IMG/VR virus record: IMGVR_UViG_3300036778_000062
Location: 32,001 to 96,000 of that record
Length of the DNA: 64,000 bases
Source: a virus
Lineage: Duplodnaviria; Caudoviricetes
Strand: one strand, 5' to 3'
Every line of letters begins with the position of its first letter. The first letter of the stretch is position 1. Positions 16,215 to 25,620 of this stretch are shown one piece after another. A program made the translations under genes and the position numbers. Below the pieces are notes generated by a model. That model was not told where the DNA came from and did not search any database. It saw nothing but the letters and a program-made list of their open reading frames with translations.

Positions 16215-18332
16215 TTGGCAAACGACCTCGTTGTCCAGCTCGGCGCCAGGCTGGATCAATTCCAGAGCGACATGAATCAAGCTGGCGACATCGCAGATAG
16301 CGCTGTCAGCAAGATTGAGCAGTCGTTTGCCAGCCTCAACCCCACGGCGGGAGGGTTTGGTGCGCTCGGCTTGTCTATTGCTGGAGCTACTGGATCTGTT
16401 GGAGCGCTTCTGACCGCTCTTGCTAGCGTCAATAGTGAACTGGCGGATATTCAGAAGAACGCTGCATTCTCCGGTATCTCGACGGACAGATTCCAGCAAA
16501 TACAGTTTGCTGCGGGGCAGGGCGGTGTCAGTAATTCGCAGTCCACGGCCGACCTGGCCAATGTATCCAAGTTGCTTGCTGATGCGAAGTATAACGAGAA
16601 CTCACTGACCAAGCTGCTTGATGAAAACAACATCAAGTACAAGGACAGAAACGGCCAGATTATCAATCTCAATCAGCTTTTGACGATTGCTGGTGGTCTG
16701 CTCGGCAAATTCGACTCTATCCCCGACAAGACGAAGGCTGCGCAGATGCTCGGCCTATCTCAGGGATGGGTTGAGGCACTCCGCAACGGCAGCAAGTCAT
16801 TCGAGGATGTTGCCCAGAGCGCCAACGATGCTGGCGTCATCATTGACTCGCAGACTATCGCAAAGGCGGCTGCATTCGATCGTGCGTGGAAGGCGTCAAG
16901 CGCGCAGTTGTCTGCTGAATTTAAAGCGGTCGCCGCTGACGTGGCTGTTTATCTCGACGGGCTGATTGATAAGGCCAACGGATTTATTGATTCGTTGAAC
17001 AAGGCCAATGGCACTGCGTCTGGAAGTGGTCAGACAAAATTCGATGCGTATGCTGATGCGCTGGCGATCGTCGCCAAGGATGCTAGCGGGGCGGCACAGG
17101 ATGTCGAGCAACTAACACGCGTTATTGATAGACTGCAGGCGTCCGGTAAGGGCGACCCTGAAATCGTCGCTGGTTTGGAGCTTATCCGCGCTAAAGCTCA
17201 GCTTGCAGCTCAGATGATTCAACAGGTCAACGAGCAGCAGTCGCAGGCAGCATTTCCTAGCGGCGTGCCGTTGCCGGCTGCAAGGCCCGCTGCAGCCAAT
17301 ACTCCAACTGGTGATGGGAGACTTCCGCATCGTGGTGGTGCTGGACCAGACCCAATAAAGGACGCTATTGATTCTCTGCAGAAGCATACGCTGGCAACGC
17401 AGGCCGATGCAGACGCTGTAGGCAAAGGCGCGGGAGCGCTAGCTGGTCTTCGGGTTGACGCAGCAGAGACGGCTGCCGTTTTAAAGAACGGCGGCAAGGA
17501 AACCGACGCTCAGGCAGACGCCTTTGGAGACCTTAGAGATCAGGCTGTTGCAGCCGCAGACGCACTGGCCAAGGCTAAGGTCAATAGCGACATCTCCCGC
17601 GGCCAGCAGACTGCGTTGTTCACGCCAGAAGACCTTGCGATAGCCAACCAGCTTAAGGGTATTTACGGCGACGACATCCCGAGGGCAATGGCATCAAGCG
17701 AGGCTGCGGCGCTGCGCTTTAACGACGCCATCAAACAACTCGGCCAGCTCGGCCAGCAGGTAAACTCGGGCTTTCTGGTTGACTTCGAAACCCAGATTCG
17801 CAATGGCGCGAGCGCTATGCAGGCGCTAGAGACCGCGGGTGTGAACGCGCTCGGAAAGATTGCGGACAAACTAGCGCAGATGGCCGCAGACAATCTGTGG
17901 TCAGCGGCGTTTGGTGGGTCGTCTGGTGGCGCTGGTAGCTTCTTTAGCAACATCTTTGGCGGCTCTGCTGGCGCTGCTGCTCAGGCCAAGTCGGCTAGCA
18001 CGCTTGCGAACAATACTGGAGGCGAGTTTTTCGGGCCTGGTTTCGCGAACGGCACAGACTATGCTCCCGGTGGCTTGTCGCTTGTCGGCGAGCACGGCCC
18101 CGAGATACTCAACATTCCCCGCGGCAGCCAGGTCATTCCTAATGATGTATTGCGTGGAGGTAATGGCAGCAATGTCAGCGCTCCTGTCAGCATCAGCATT
18201 GATGCGCGTAACGCAGATGCTGCGGGGCTGGCGAATTTGCAGGTGCAGTTGAATCAATTGAAAGCTGAGTTGCCGGCGAGGGTGGTGCAGGCTGTGACGC
18301 TGGCGAAGAGTAGAAGGACGCCGGGAGTCTAA
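16215..18332 (+). CDS. Tape measure protein
   Basis: Ala-rich helical 705 aa; C-terminal FANG...VGEHGPE...GSQVIPN. Confidence 0.95.
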   Translation: MANDLVVQLGARLDQFQSDMNQAGDIADSAVSKIEQSFASLNPTAGGFGALGLSIAGATGSVGALLTALASVNSELADIQKNAAFSGISTDRFQQIQFAAGQGGVSNSQSTADLANVSKLLADAKYNENSLTKLLDENNIKYKDRNGQIINLNQLLTIAGGLLGKFDSIPDKTKAAQMLGLSQGWVEALRNGSKSFEDVAQSANDAGVIIDSQTIAKAAAFDRAWKASSAQLSAEFKAVAADVAVYLDGLIDKANGFIDSLNKANGTASGSGQTKFDAYADALAIVAKDASGAAQDVEQLTRVIDRLQASGKGDPEIVAGLELIRAKAQLAAQMIQQVNEQQSQAAFPSGVPLPAARPAAANTPTGDGRLPHRGGAGPDPIKDAIDSLQKHTLATQADADAVGKGAGALAGLRVDAAETAAVLKNGGKETDAQADAFGDLRDQAVAAADALAKAKVNSDISRGQQTALFTPEDLAIANQLKGIYGDDIPRAMASSEAAALRFNDAIKQLGQLGQQVNSGFLVDFETQIRNGASAMQALETAGVNALGKIADKLAQMAADNLWSAAFGGSSGGAGSFFSNIFGGSAGAAAQAKSASTLANNTGGEFFGPGFANGTDYAPGGLSLVGEHGPEILNIPRGSQVIPNDVLRGGNGSNVSAPVSISIDARNADAAGLANLQVQLNQLKAELPARVVQAVTLAKSRRTPGV

Positions 18333-18988
18333 TGACCATCACATACCCGCTCGACATCCTGTCAACTTTTCCGGGGTACACTACCTCCTTCGAGCCCCTC
18401 TACCGCCAAGAGCAATCTCGCACGCAGGGCGGCGTGACTTACGTCAAGGACTACGATGATCCACTGTGGTGCCTGTCGGCTCAGTCGCGCTCGTTGTCCA
18501 TCAATGAACTGGACTTCTGGCGTGCGAGGCTGGCAGCCCTTGAGAACGGCCTGCAGACGTTCGTTGGGTATTCGATGTCGCGGACCTGGCCGATCCTTTA
18601 CCCGCGCGGCAGTTGGCCGACTGGCGCTTCGTTTGACGGTGTATCGGCTCACCTGTCGGCAATCAATGACGCTCGCACCGCCATTCAGGTTGCGGGCTTG
18701 CCGGCGGGGTATAAATTCTCGATAGGCGACTATCTGGCGATCGGTACTGATCTCCATCAGGTGATGGAGCCAGCCACGGCGGCAGCGGGCACGACAACTG
18801 CCTTTGAGGTCCGTCCTCGCATCTGGCCTGACGTGTCGGCGTCCGACAGCCCTGCGCCAGTTGTGTCAGTCAAGAAGCCATCCTGCCTGATGACGATTGA
18901 TCCTGGCTCGATTACGTCGCCGGCCGATCCTGCCACAGGCCGCGGTGTGATTTCGTTCACGGCGACAGAGTCGCGGCCGACGTCATAG
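18332..18988 (+). CDS. Distal tail protein
   Basis: Directly after TMP; FEVRP.I motif. Confidence 0.75.
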   Translation: MTITYPLDILSTFPGYTTSFEPLYRQEQSRTQGGVTYVKDYDDPLWCLSAQSRSLSINELDFWRARLAALENGLQTFVGYSMSRTWPILYPRGSWPTGASFDGVSAHLSAINDARTAIQVAGLPAGYKFSIGDYLAIGTDLHQVMEPATAAAGTTTAFEVRPRIWPDVSASDSPAPVVSVKKPSCLMTIDPGSITSPADPATGRGVISFTATESRPTS

Positions 18989-19207
18989 TTCAATAGATAG
19001 GCCGAAATATCGGCGCACCGCTCGACTCTCAATGATGGCTCGCAGCAGAACTGCGGCTGGTCCCTTGACTCCATCCCGCTCCCAGCGGCGCCACTGGGCG
19101 CCATCGTTAATACCGACGAGGGCGGCGGCTTCTGTTGCGGAAAGCCTTAGAGCAGATCGCGCGGCCCTAACTTCGTCCGCACGGATGGGGGATGTGCGGT
19201 CAATCAT
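18983..19207 (-). CDS. XRE-like HTH regulator
   Basis: EVRAARSALRLSATEAAALVGI...WRRWE. Confidence 0.8.
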   Translation of the reverse strand: MIDRTSPIRADEVRAARSALRLSATEAAALVGINDGAQWRRWERDGVKGPAAVLLRAIIESRAVRRYFGLSIEL

Positions 19208-19436
19208 GCTGGGTAAAGTCGTGGATATCAGTGGTGGCGCGTTCGAAGGCATCGCTGGCGAGTTTTCCCACCGCAGCTAGCTTCGGCTCGCACCTGGACA
19301 TGTCGTATATCCGCTGCAGGGCCGTCAAGGCTGTTTTTAGCCGCGCATCTGTTCCGCGCTTAATCGCGACTATCTGCGCGTGGTTGTTTCTCCAAAGAAT
19401 GGCTTCTTTTCGCCAGTCGCTGGCTCGCTCTTCCAT
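19200..19436 (-). CDS. Hypothetical protein (moron)
   Basis: GGAG RBS, abuts upstream stop. Confidence 0.6.
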   Translation of the reverse strand: MEERASDWRKEAILWRNNHAQIVAIKRGTDARLKTALTALQRIYDMSRCEPKLAAVGKLASDAFERATTDIHDFTQHD

Positions 19437-19646
19437 TTACGCATCTCCAGTCTTGATCACGTAATCAATATCGGTCTCGCGATCCTCGGCGCTCAATACG
19501 CGACTGATGAATGCAACTTCGTTTCCTTCAGCATCATCGAAACATTCGTAACGATAGTCTCCGTCTCGCTCAATGCGAGGTTCCTGCCTCACATGCATGG
19601 GGCAGTTTGCAACAATGAAAGCTTCAAATTCTGCCTTGGTGGTCAT
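19437..19646 (-). CDS. Hypothetical protein (moron)
   Basis: First ORF after consensus promoter. Confidence 0.6.
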   Translation of the reverse strand: MTTKAEFEAFIVANCPMHVRQEPRIERDGDYRYECFDDAEGNEVAFISRVLSAEDRETDIDYVIKTGDA

Positions 19647-19708
19647 CTTTCCGACTCCACCCCCTCATTGCCGGGAGGCGCCTGCACCAGCTCGGTGCTG
19701 GTGTACGT

Positions 19709-19737
19709 AACATAGGTGATTATCACCTATGTGTCAA
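19709..19737 (-). promoter_or_regulatory. sigma70 promoter with palindromic operator
   Basis: TTGACA-N17-TATGTT on - strand; perfect palindrome ACATAGGTGAT-T-ATCACCTATGT at 19710-19732. Confidence 0.8.
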
Positions 19738-19770
19738 CATCTAATTCAACATCAATAATTTTTACGGTTT

Positions 19771-20451
19771 ATGACCCGCTCACTTTCCGACGCTAATTTC
19801 GCCGCGATTCAACAGCGGCGCATTGTGCCGCGCGATTTCATTTGGCTGATTGCGCGTGACCGCTCTAGCGGCGCCCCTGTAGCCGAAGGTGTCTGGTCGG
19901 GGCAGGGGAATTTCACTGCTGCGGTGATCGACCCGCATACAGGCGGCAGTCAGGACCGCGCGTTTTTCGGTTCTGGTGCGTTGGTTTCGGTGGGCAATAT
20001 TCCGCTGGTGCAAGGCATCACGGTGCAGACGCTTACCATCACGATGTCTGGCGTCAATGCGGCGTTCAATGATTACGTTCGCACCAATGACCTGAAGCAA
20101 GCCGAAATCCAAATCTTCCGTGGCTTTCTCGATCCTGGCACCAGACTCCTTGTTGCGCCTGCCGTCCCCCGATTTGTCGGTTACATCGACGATGCGCCAA
20201 TCACGACGCCAAAGGAAAACACCAGCGGCGCGATCACGATTACGGCGACGTCAAATACGCAGGAATTGACGCGCGCAAATTCCGATACGCGCTCGGATGC
20301 CAGCCAGCGTCTGCGCGCCGCCAATGATAACTTCTATCAAGACACCGCAGTTGTCGGCGGCTGGAAGTTTTTCTGGGGTCTCTATAACGGCAGCTTGGCA
20401 ACGACTGGAAGCAATTTCGACCCATCAACACATCCGTCCCACGCCAGATGA
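19771..20451 (+). CDS. Tail tip hub protein (gpL/DUF2163-like)
   Basis: Position; RFVGYID, RSDASQRLR motifs. Confidence 0.75.
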   Translation: MTRSLSDANFAAIQQRRIVPRDFIWLIARDRSSGAPVAEGVWSGQGNFTAAVIDPHTGGSQDRAFFGSGALVSVGNIPLVQGITVQTLTITMSGVNAAFNDYVRTNDLKQAEIQIFRGFLDPGTRLLVAPAVPRFVGYIDDAPITTPKENTSGAITITATSNTQELTRANSDTRSDASQRLRAANDNFYQDTAVVGGWKFFWGLYNGSLATTGSNFDPSTHPSHAR

Positions 20452-20885
20452 TCAGGCCGGCAAACGTTGGCGATACACCTCGCGTCGTGGAGATGGTTGC
20501 TGCGGCACATCTAATCTCGCCTCTTGCGTCATATGTCGATTGCTCACCCGTGATGGTGAGGGATCAATTCCACTTTCACCTATCATCATCGTCTTCTCTT
20601 TGCCTCGTGCACGACGTTGACGGCGAGGCGCGTGGTATTTTCGTTGGCATGGCTTCCGACTATCCGAGCGCTCCAATTCGTATTGGCGTTGAGGTCGTCT
20701 CTTGGGTCGATCGCGAGTACCGCGGTCGCGCTTGGCTCCAGATGAAGCGTCAATTTGAGGCGTGGGCGAAGGAACGCGGCTGCAAGATTACGTCGCTCAG
20801 CAGCAAGAGCGATGAGCGATTTGCGAAGGCCATCGAGCGCGACGGCTACGAGTACGTCGAGTCGCACTTCGTGAAAGTTCTCTAG
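20448..20885 (+). CDS. GNAT-fold protein in tail tip module
   Basis: MIRPA...D, WVDREYRG, FEAWAKERGC, GY...E..F.K.L. Confidence 0.75.
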   Translation: MIRPANVGDTPRVVEMVAAAHLISPLASYVDCSPVMVRDQFHFHLSSSSSLCLVHDVDGEARGIFVGMASDYPSAPIRIGVEVVSWVDREYRGRAWLQMKRQFEAWAKERGCKITSLSSKSDERFAKAIERDGYEYVESHFVKVL

Positions 20886-20893
20886 GAATTTAA

Positions 20894-23488
20894 ATGGCAT
20901 TTCTCGGTATCGGCGCGGCATTAGCGGGCAGTGCTACGCTCTTCGGTATTAGCGTCTCAGGCGCCATAGATTTCGGCGTCACGCTTGCGGCCAGCGTCGG
21001 CATCAGTCTTGCCGCGCAGGCGCTCGCCGGTAAGCCGCCAGCTAATCCAACTGCACTCGCAAATTCTGGCATGCAGGTCACACTGCAGGCCGCTGGCGAT
21101 GTGCCGCGCTCGTTCCCGCTCGGTGCGTGCGCCACCGCAGGCTCACTGGTTTATGCCAATACGTGGGGCCTGTCGTCTCCCGGCGGACAAGACACGCCAA
21201 ATGCCTACCTGACGCAGGTTATCGCGCTCTCGGATTTGCCGGGCGCAACGCTCAACGGCGTCTGGGTTAACGGGACCAAGATTACCTATCCTGGCACGAC
21301 CGATCCTTCTCAGCCTGCTGGCGAGATGATCGATGAATACGTCAAGGATGGGCAGCCGTACCTGTTCATACGGTATTACGACGGCACGCAGACCGAAGCG
21401 GACTCGTTTTTAACCAGTTCAGTGTCGTCGACTGACAGGCCATACGAGTCGACGCGCGTTGGCACTGGCGTGGCTTATGCCATTGTCACTACGCTGACCA
21501 ACGACACGCTGTTTACAGGCCCGCCGACCCTCCTCTTTGAGCTTGGCGGCATTCCGCTTTACGACCCTACCAAGGACAGCACCAACGGCGGCACGGGCTC
21601 ACAGGTCTACTCCGACCCATCCACGTGGGGCGGTGACGGCGATGATCTGCCGGCGGTGCAGGCATACAATGTTTTGCGCGGCATCCGGTATAGCGGCGAC
21701 TGGATCTACGGTCTGCAAAAGACCGTGCAGGCCAATCTGCCAACCATCAACTGGAATGCGCAGATCGGCAAATGCCGCGCGACCATCGCTGGCGCGTCTG
21801 GCGACGAGCCCATGTATCGGTCAGGCGGACAGGTTTCGGTAAGCACGCAGCCGGCCGACATGCTCGACGCCATCATGACGGCGTGTCAGGGCAAAATCTC
21901 CGAGGTTGGCGGCACCTATAAAGTTCACCTCGGAACGCCTGACGCATTCAGTTCGTCGTTCACCGACGACGATATTCTGTCGACCGAAGATCAGACATTC
22001 ACGCCGTTCCTGACGCTGGCTGATAGCGTCAACGGCATCACTGGTACTTATCCGGACCCGGCGCAGGCTTGGCAAAGCACGACGGCCCCGCCGCTATACA
22101 ATAGCACGTTTGAGGCACAGGACGGCTCGCGCCGTCTGCTTGCGAGCACGTCATTTGACGTCGCTCCGTATGAGGAGCAGGTGCAGCGCCTAATGCGTTC
22201 TGCGTTGCTAGCTGCCCGCCGCGAACGCAGCCACGTCGTTGTCCTGCCGCCGCCGTTCTGGCCGCTTGAGCCTGGTGACGTCGTCCGCTGGAACTCTGTC
22301 CGCAATGGCTATGTCGACAAGGATTTCATTGTCACTGCCATTTCTGATCAGGGCAACTGCGATATAAGCGTAAGCCTGCAGGAGATCGATCCTACAGATT
22401 ACGACTGGGACCACGACACCGACTACAAACCACCCACCATTGGTGGCACGACATTCCCGCGACCGTCGCCGCAAGGCATTGTCGACTGGTTCGCTGAAGG
22501 CGCGATCATCAATGACGCCAGTGGCATTCCGCGAAGGCCGGCCATTGCGCTGTCTTGGGACGGCGATATGCCGGGCGTCGTGGGTGTCCAGTACGAGGTC
22601 CGCCTTACCTCTGACGCGTCGGATGTCACGCGCGGGCGCACCGACCAGCTCGCGGCTGGCACGCTCCGCATTTCGCAGAGCCTGCTGCCCAATACGCCTT
22701 ACCAAGCCCGCGGCCAGTATCTACCCTCAGCGCCGCGCGACATGCTTTGGTCGGATTGGCTCGACGTTACCACGCCAGATATCCGGTTCACTATTGCGGA
22801 CTTCGCTGACGAGCTTGCAGCGCAGTTGAATGCGGTCGAGAACTTCGACGCGGGCAACATACAGAAGGCCATCGATACGCTCGCGCAGCTTGCGCAGGAC
22901 ATCGATGCGCTCAACTGGCTGGACAAGAAGCAACAGCGCTCTGAGCTTGATGCCGTTGCCGGCAATGCCAAGGCGTCGATTGCGGAACTGCAGACGGTTG
23001 TTGTCGACAATCAAACCGCGTTCGCTGAATTCCAGACCGAAGTTAGCGCGACGTTCGGACCGGCATTTTCATCAGTGTCCACCGTGACGAGCGCCGTTGC
23101 GACGCTTGACGGTTATGCCGCGGCATCGTGGGGCGTAACGATCGACGTTGACGGCAACGTCAGTGGCCTTGAATTAGTCGACGGCAGCGACAGCGTTTCT
23201 GCGTTCACTGTGACTGTCGATAAATTTCAGGTGGCTGCGCCTGGTGTCGCTGGTGGTGCGGTGACACCCATCTTCACTGTAGCGAACGTCAACGGCACGC
23301 CGAAAACCTCGCTGCGTGGCGATATGTACGCGGACGGCACCATTACCGTGAACGCGCTTGACGTGGCCAACCTGACGGCAATCAGCGCTCATTTCGGCAG
23401 TGCGACCGTCGATGGCGATATCACGGCCTCGAACGGCGTATTCGAGATCGATTTTTCCAATGGTCGCATCACGATTTTCGGGCCATGA
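20894..23488 (+). CDS. Tail tip/host specificity protein J-like
   Basis: 864 aa; Phage-tail_3-like core, LEPGDVV, C-terminal DUF1983-like VSGLEL...FTVTVDKFQV. Confidence 0.9.
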   Translation: MAFLGIGAALAGSATLFGISVSGAIDFGVTLAASVGISLAAQALAGKPPANPTALANSGMQVTLQAAGDVPRSFPLGACATAGSLVYANTWGLSSPGGQDTPNAYLTQVIALSDLPGATLNGVWVNGTKITYPGTTDPSQPAGEMIDEYVKDGQPYLFIRYYDGTQTEADSFLTSSVSSTDRPYESTRVGTGVAYAIVTTLTNDTLFTGPPTLLFELGGIPLYDPTKDSTNGGTGSQVYSDPSTWGGDGDDLPAVQAYNVLRGIRYSGDWIYGLQKTVQANLPTINWNAQIGKCRATIAGASGDEPMYRSGGQVSVSTQPADMLDAIMTACQGKISEVGGTYKVHLGTPDAFSSSFTDDDILSTEDQTFTPFLTLADSVNGITGTYPDPAQAWQSTTAPPLYNSTFEAQDGSRRLLASTSFDVAPYEEQVQRLMRSALLAARRERSHVVVLPPPFWPLEPGDVVRWNSVRNGYVDKDFIVTAISDQGNCDISVSLQEIDPTDYDWDHDTDYKPPTIGGTTFPRPSPQGIVDWFAEGAIINDASGIPRRPAIALSWDGDMPGVVGVQYEVRLTSDASDVTRGRTDQLAAGTLRISQSLLPNTPYQARGQYLPSAPRDMLWSDWLDVTTPDIRFTIADFADELAAQLNAVENFDAGNIQKAIDTLAQLAQDIDALNWLDKKQQRSELDAVAGNAKASIAELQTVVVDNQTAFAEFQTEVSATFGPAFSSVSTVTSAVATLDGYAAASWGVTIDVDGNVSGLELVDGSDSVSAFTVTVDKFQVAAPGVAGGAVTPIFTVANVNGTPKTSLRGDMYADGTITVNALDVANLTAISAHFGSATVDGDITASNGVFEIDFSNGRITIFGP

Positions 23489-23895
23489 CAGTTCCTCGCG
23501 TTATTCTCGGTAAATACAACGACGGCGTGACGATCGGCATGCGCTCGTCTCTGCAGGGGTTCAATGCTTTGACCGAGAGTCCCGACAGCGGCGGCATGTC
23601 GTTTGACAGCACTTGGACGGACATTGCGTCAGCGCTGCAGGTGGGAATCGTATCGGCTCCATCGTCTGGCTTCACGATAACCGTTAATTTTACGAGCCCG
23701 GGATATGTCCCATTCTGTGAAGTGCGAATGGTGCAGGGCGACACTGTCTTTGACGATGGTGTTTTCGGTTCCGGCACATCTGCAGTGTTCGGCGTCGGGG
23801 CCGTTATCGGTACGAGCACGATCACGATTCCAAATCGAACACTAGGCGTTGCGTATATCTACACGATCCTAAACATCCCTGTGCAATCTGGATGA
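23485..23895 (+). CDS. Tail tip accessory protein 1
   Basis: ATGA overlap; MTVPRVILG. Confidence 0.7.
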   Translation: MTVPRVILGKYNDGVTIGMRSSLQGFNALTESPDSGGMSFDSTWTDIASALQVGIVSAPSSGFTITVNFTSPGYVPFCEVRMVQGDTVFDDGVFGSGTSAVFGVGAVIGTSTITIPNRTLGVAYIYTILNIPVQSG

Positions 23896-24281
23896 CAGTA
23901 CCCCGCATTCGCATCGGTGATAGGGCCAACGGTGACATTGGCGTATTCATATCGCCAACTGGTGTTGATGCGACGACTGCTAGCGACTCGCAGCTGGTCA
24001 TGGGCATCTCCACCAAAATCTCAAATCTGATCTTGCTTGGTCATGTCAGCAGTTCTGCGTTGGTGCCGTTGGGTCTGCATAGTCGCCCCTTCATCTTCCT
24101 GACCAGTCAATACAGTTTCAGCGGCGTTATCGGACATACTGCTGGTCCAGGGCCTATGAGGCCCTCGCCTCCAGTTAGTGGCGGCAGCAGCGCGTCCGCT
24201 CTGATCAATAGCAGCGGGGCATCCATGAGCATCACCGCGTCAACATCGGTTTATTACATTGTTTATTCTGCGACATACTGA
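23892..24281 (+). CDS. Tail tip accessory protein 2
   Basis: ATGA overlap; MTVPRIRIG...SPTGVDATTA. Confidence 0.7.
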   Translation: MTVPRIRIGDRANGDIGVFISPTGVDATTASDSQLVMGISTKISNLILLGHVSSSALVPLGLHSRPFIFLTSQYSFSGVIGHTAGPGPMRPSPPVSGGSSASALINSSGASMSITASTSVYYIVYSATY

Positions 24282-24814
24282 TGACAGTTGAGCGCCTGAA
24301 AATCGATATCAACGGAACGTTCCGGGTGGGCGCTCCCGGTAACGATGCCACGACTGCTGAATTTGACAATCTTCTTTTCGATATCAATCAGCCGCCCCTG
24401 CGCTTGGCGCAGAACGGCGTGTTCATGCTGAATTGCATTCCTGATGGGAGCTATCAAAGCGGCGTCAACCTTGTCGAGGGCGGCGCTATTACAGTGTCGC
24501 CTGCCGCGCCGTCTGGCTCTACCGCGATATTTTTGACAGCCAATCGATGCCCCTATGTCGTGGCCGTGGGTGCAACACCGACACCGATGGGATTCCCGGG
24601 CGAGGTTAGAACGCCTGCGATGAACTACTCGACGATCGGAGGCCTTGATGGGATCGGTGCCGGTTCCGCCGGCTATAAAGGTGCTGGCGGCGCGATCTGC
24701 AGCAATACCTTCATAGGCTTCACGGCGACACCAAATGCGTTCGATAACAGCATCAGCTTGAACAGATTCAATTTCGTTTACATCAACTATGCAATTTTTC
24801 GGAACTTCACTTAA
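24281..24814 (+). CDS. Tail tip accessory protein 3
   Basis: TGATG overlap; MTVERLKID...APGNDATTA..NLLFD. Confidence 0.7.
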   Translation: MTVERLKIDINGTFRVGAPGNDATTAEFDNLLFDINQPPLRLAQNGVFMLNCIPDGSYQSGVNLVEGGAITVSPAAPSGSTAIFLTANRCPYVVAVGATPTPMGFPGEVRTPAMNYSTIGGLDGIGAGSAGYKGAGGAICSNTFIGFTATPNAFDNSISLNRFNFVYINYAIFRNFT

Positions 24815-24823
24815 GGACGATAG

Positions 24824-25273
24824 ATGCTTTTCGCGCTCTACAATGAAGACGATGGTGACACTGGTCCGCGCGGCAGCATTCACCAATCCAACAAGGTCTA
24901 TCACGAACCGGACGCATATCACGGCGTCCTGAAGGACCACGGGCATAAATATGTGACGTCACCGATCCACGGCCCGGTTTCGCCAATGCATTTCATGGTC
25001 GACGTCGACGCGTCGCAACTTGTCGAGCGGCCGTTGATGCCGGTCACTGTTTCAAAGACCACGATCAAAGCCGGCGGCAATGACTCGGTGGTGTTCAAGA
25101 ATATCCCAAAAGGCGCGGTGATGGCGGTTACTGTGATGAACATTCCGATTCACGGTGAGAAAGTCGACACGGCCGACCGCGACTTCGCCACCACCGTTCC
25201 GGGCCTCTATCGGGTCGCATTCGATCTGTGGCCATTTCGTCGTTTCGAAATTGATATCGAGGCCGTTCAATAA
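24824..25273 (+). CDS. Tail-associated protein
   Basis: AAGGA RBS, operon context. Confidence 0.7.
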   Translation: MLFALYNEDDGDTGPRGSIHQSNKVYHEPDAYHGVLKDHGHKYVTSPIHGPVSPMHFMVDVDASQLVERPLMPVTVSKTTIKAGGNDSVVFKNIPKGAVMAVTVMNIPIHGEKVDTADRDFATTVPGLYRVAFDLWPFRRFEIDIEAVQ

Positions 25274-25620
25274 TGGTGCTGATTGTCGATGCCGTCCCGG
25301 CGCTTCGCGCGCGCGCTAAGGAAATGATCAACCGGCGATTTCAGGAGCGCGCACACGCCGAGGCGCACTTTGATGCCGCCTATCCTCGCAAGCGACAGAT
25401 TGCGACAGACGTGCTCGCTGGCAATCCTGCTGCGGATGATTTTGCCGAAGAGGCTGGATTGCGCGGAGTAACAGTGCAGGCGCTAGCGTCCCTTGTGCTG
25501 GCCAAGCCGGATCATATTGGCGCGCGCGAGGCTGATCGAATGCGTAGCCTCGCGGCCGTCGACACCATGTCGCACGATGATTTGAAGAAGATATTTAAGA
25601 TTGCGGGGAATTCCAACTAA
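25273..25620 (+). CDS. Tail fibre assembly-like protein
   Basis: AYPRKR...EEAGLRGVT motif, position. Confidence 0.6.
   Translation: MVLIVDAVPALRARAKEMINRRFQERAHAEAHFDAAYPRKRQIATDVLAGNPAADDFAEEAGLRGVTVQALASLVLAKPDHIGAREADRMRSLAAVDTMSHDDLKKIFKIAGNSN

Noticed and set aside
20310-20340. RAANDNFYQD in the hub protein as an ssrA mimic
   Set aside because: Internal and within what looks like a conserved structural motif of the hub family; may be coincidence, so not counted.
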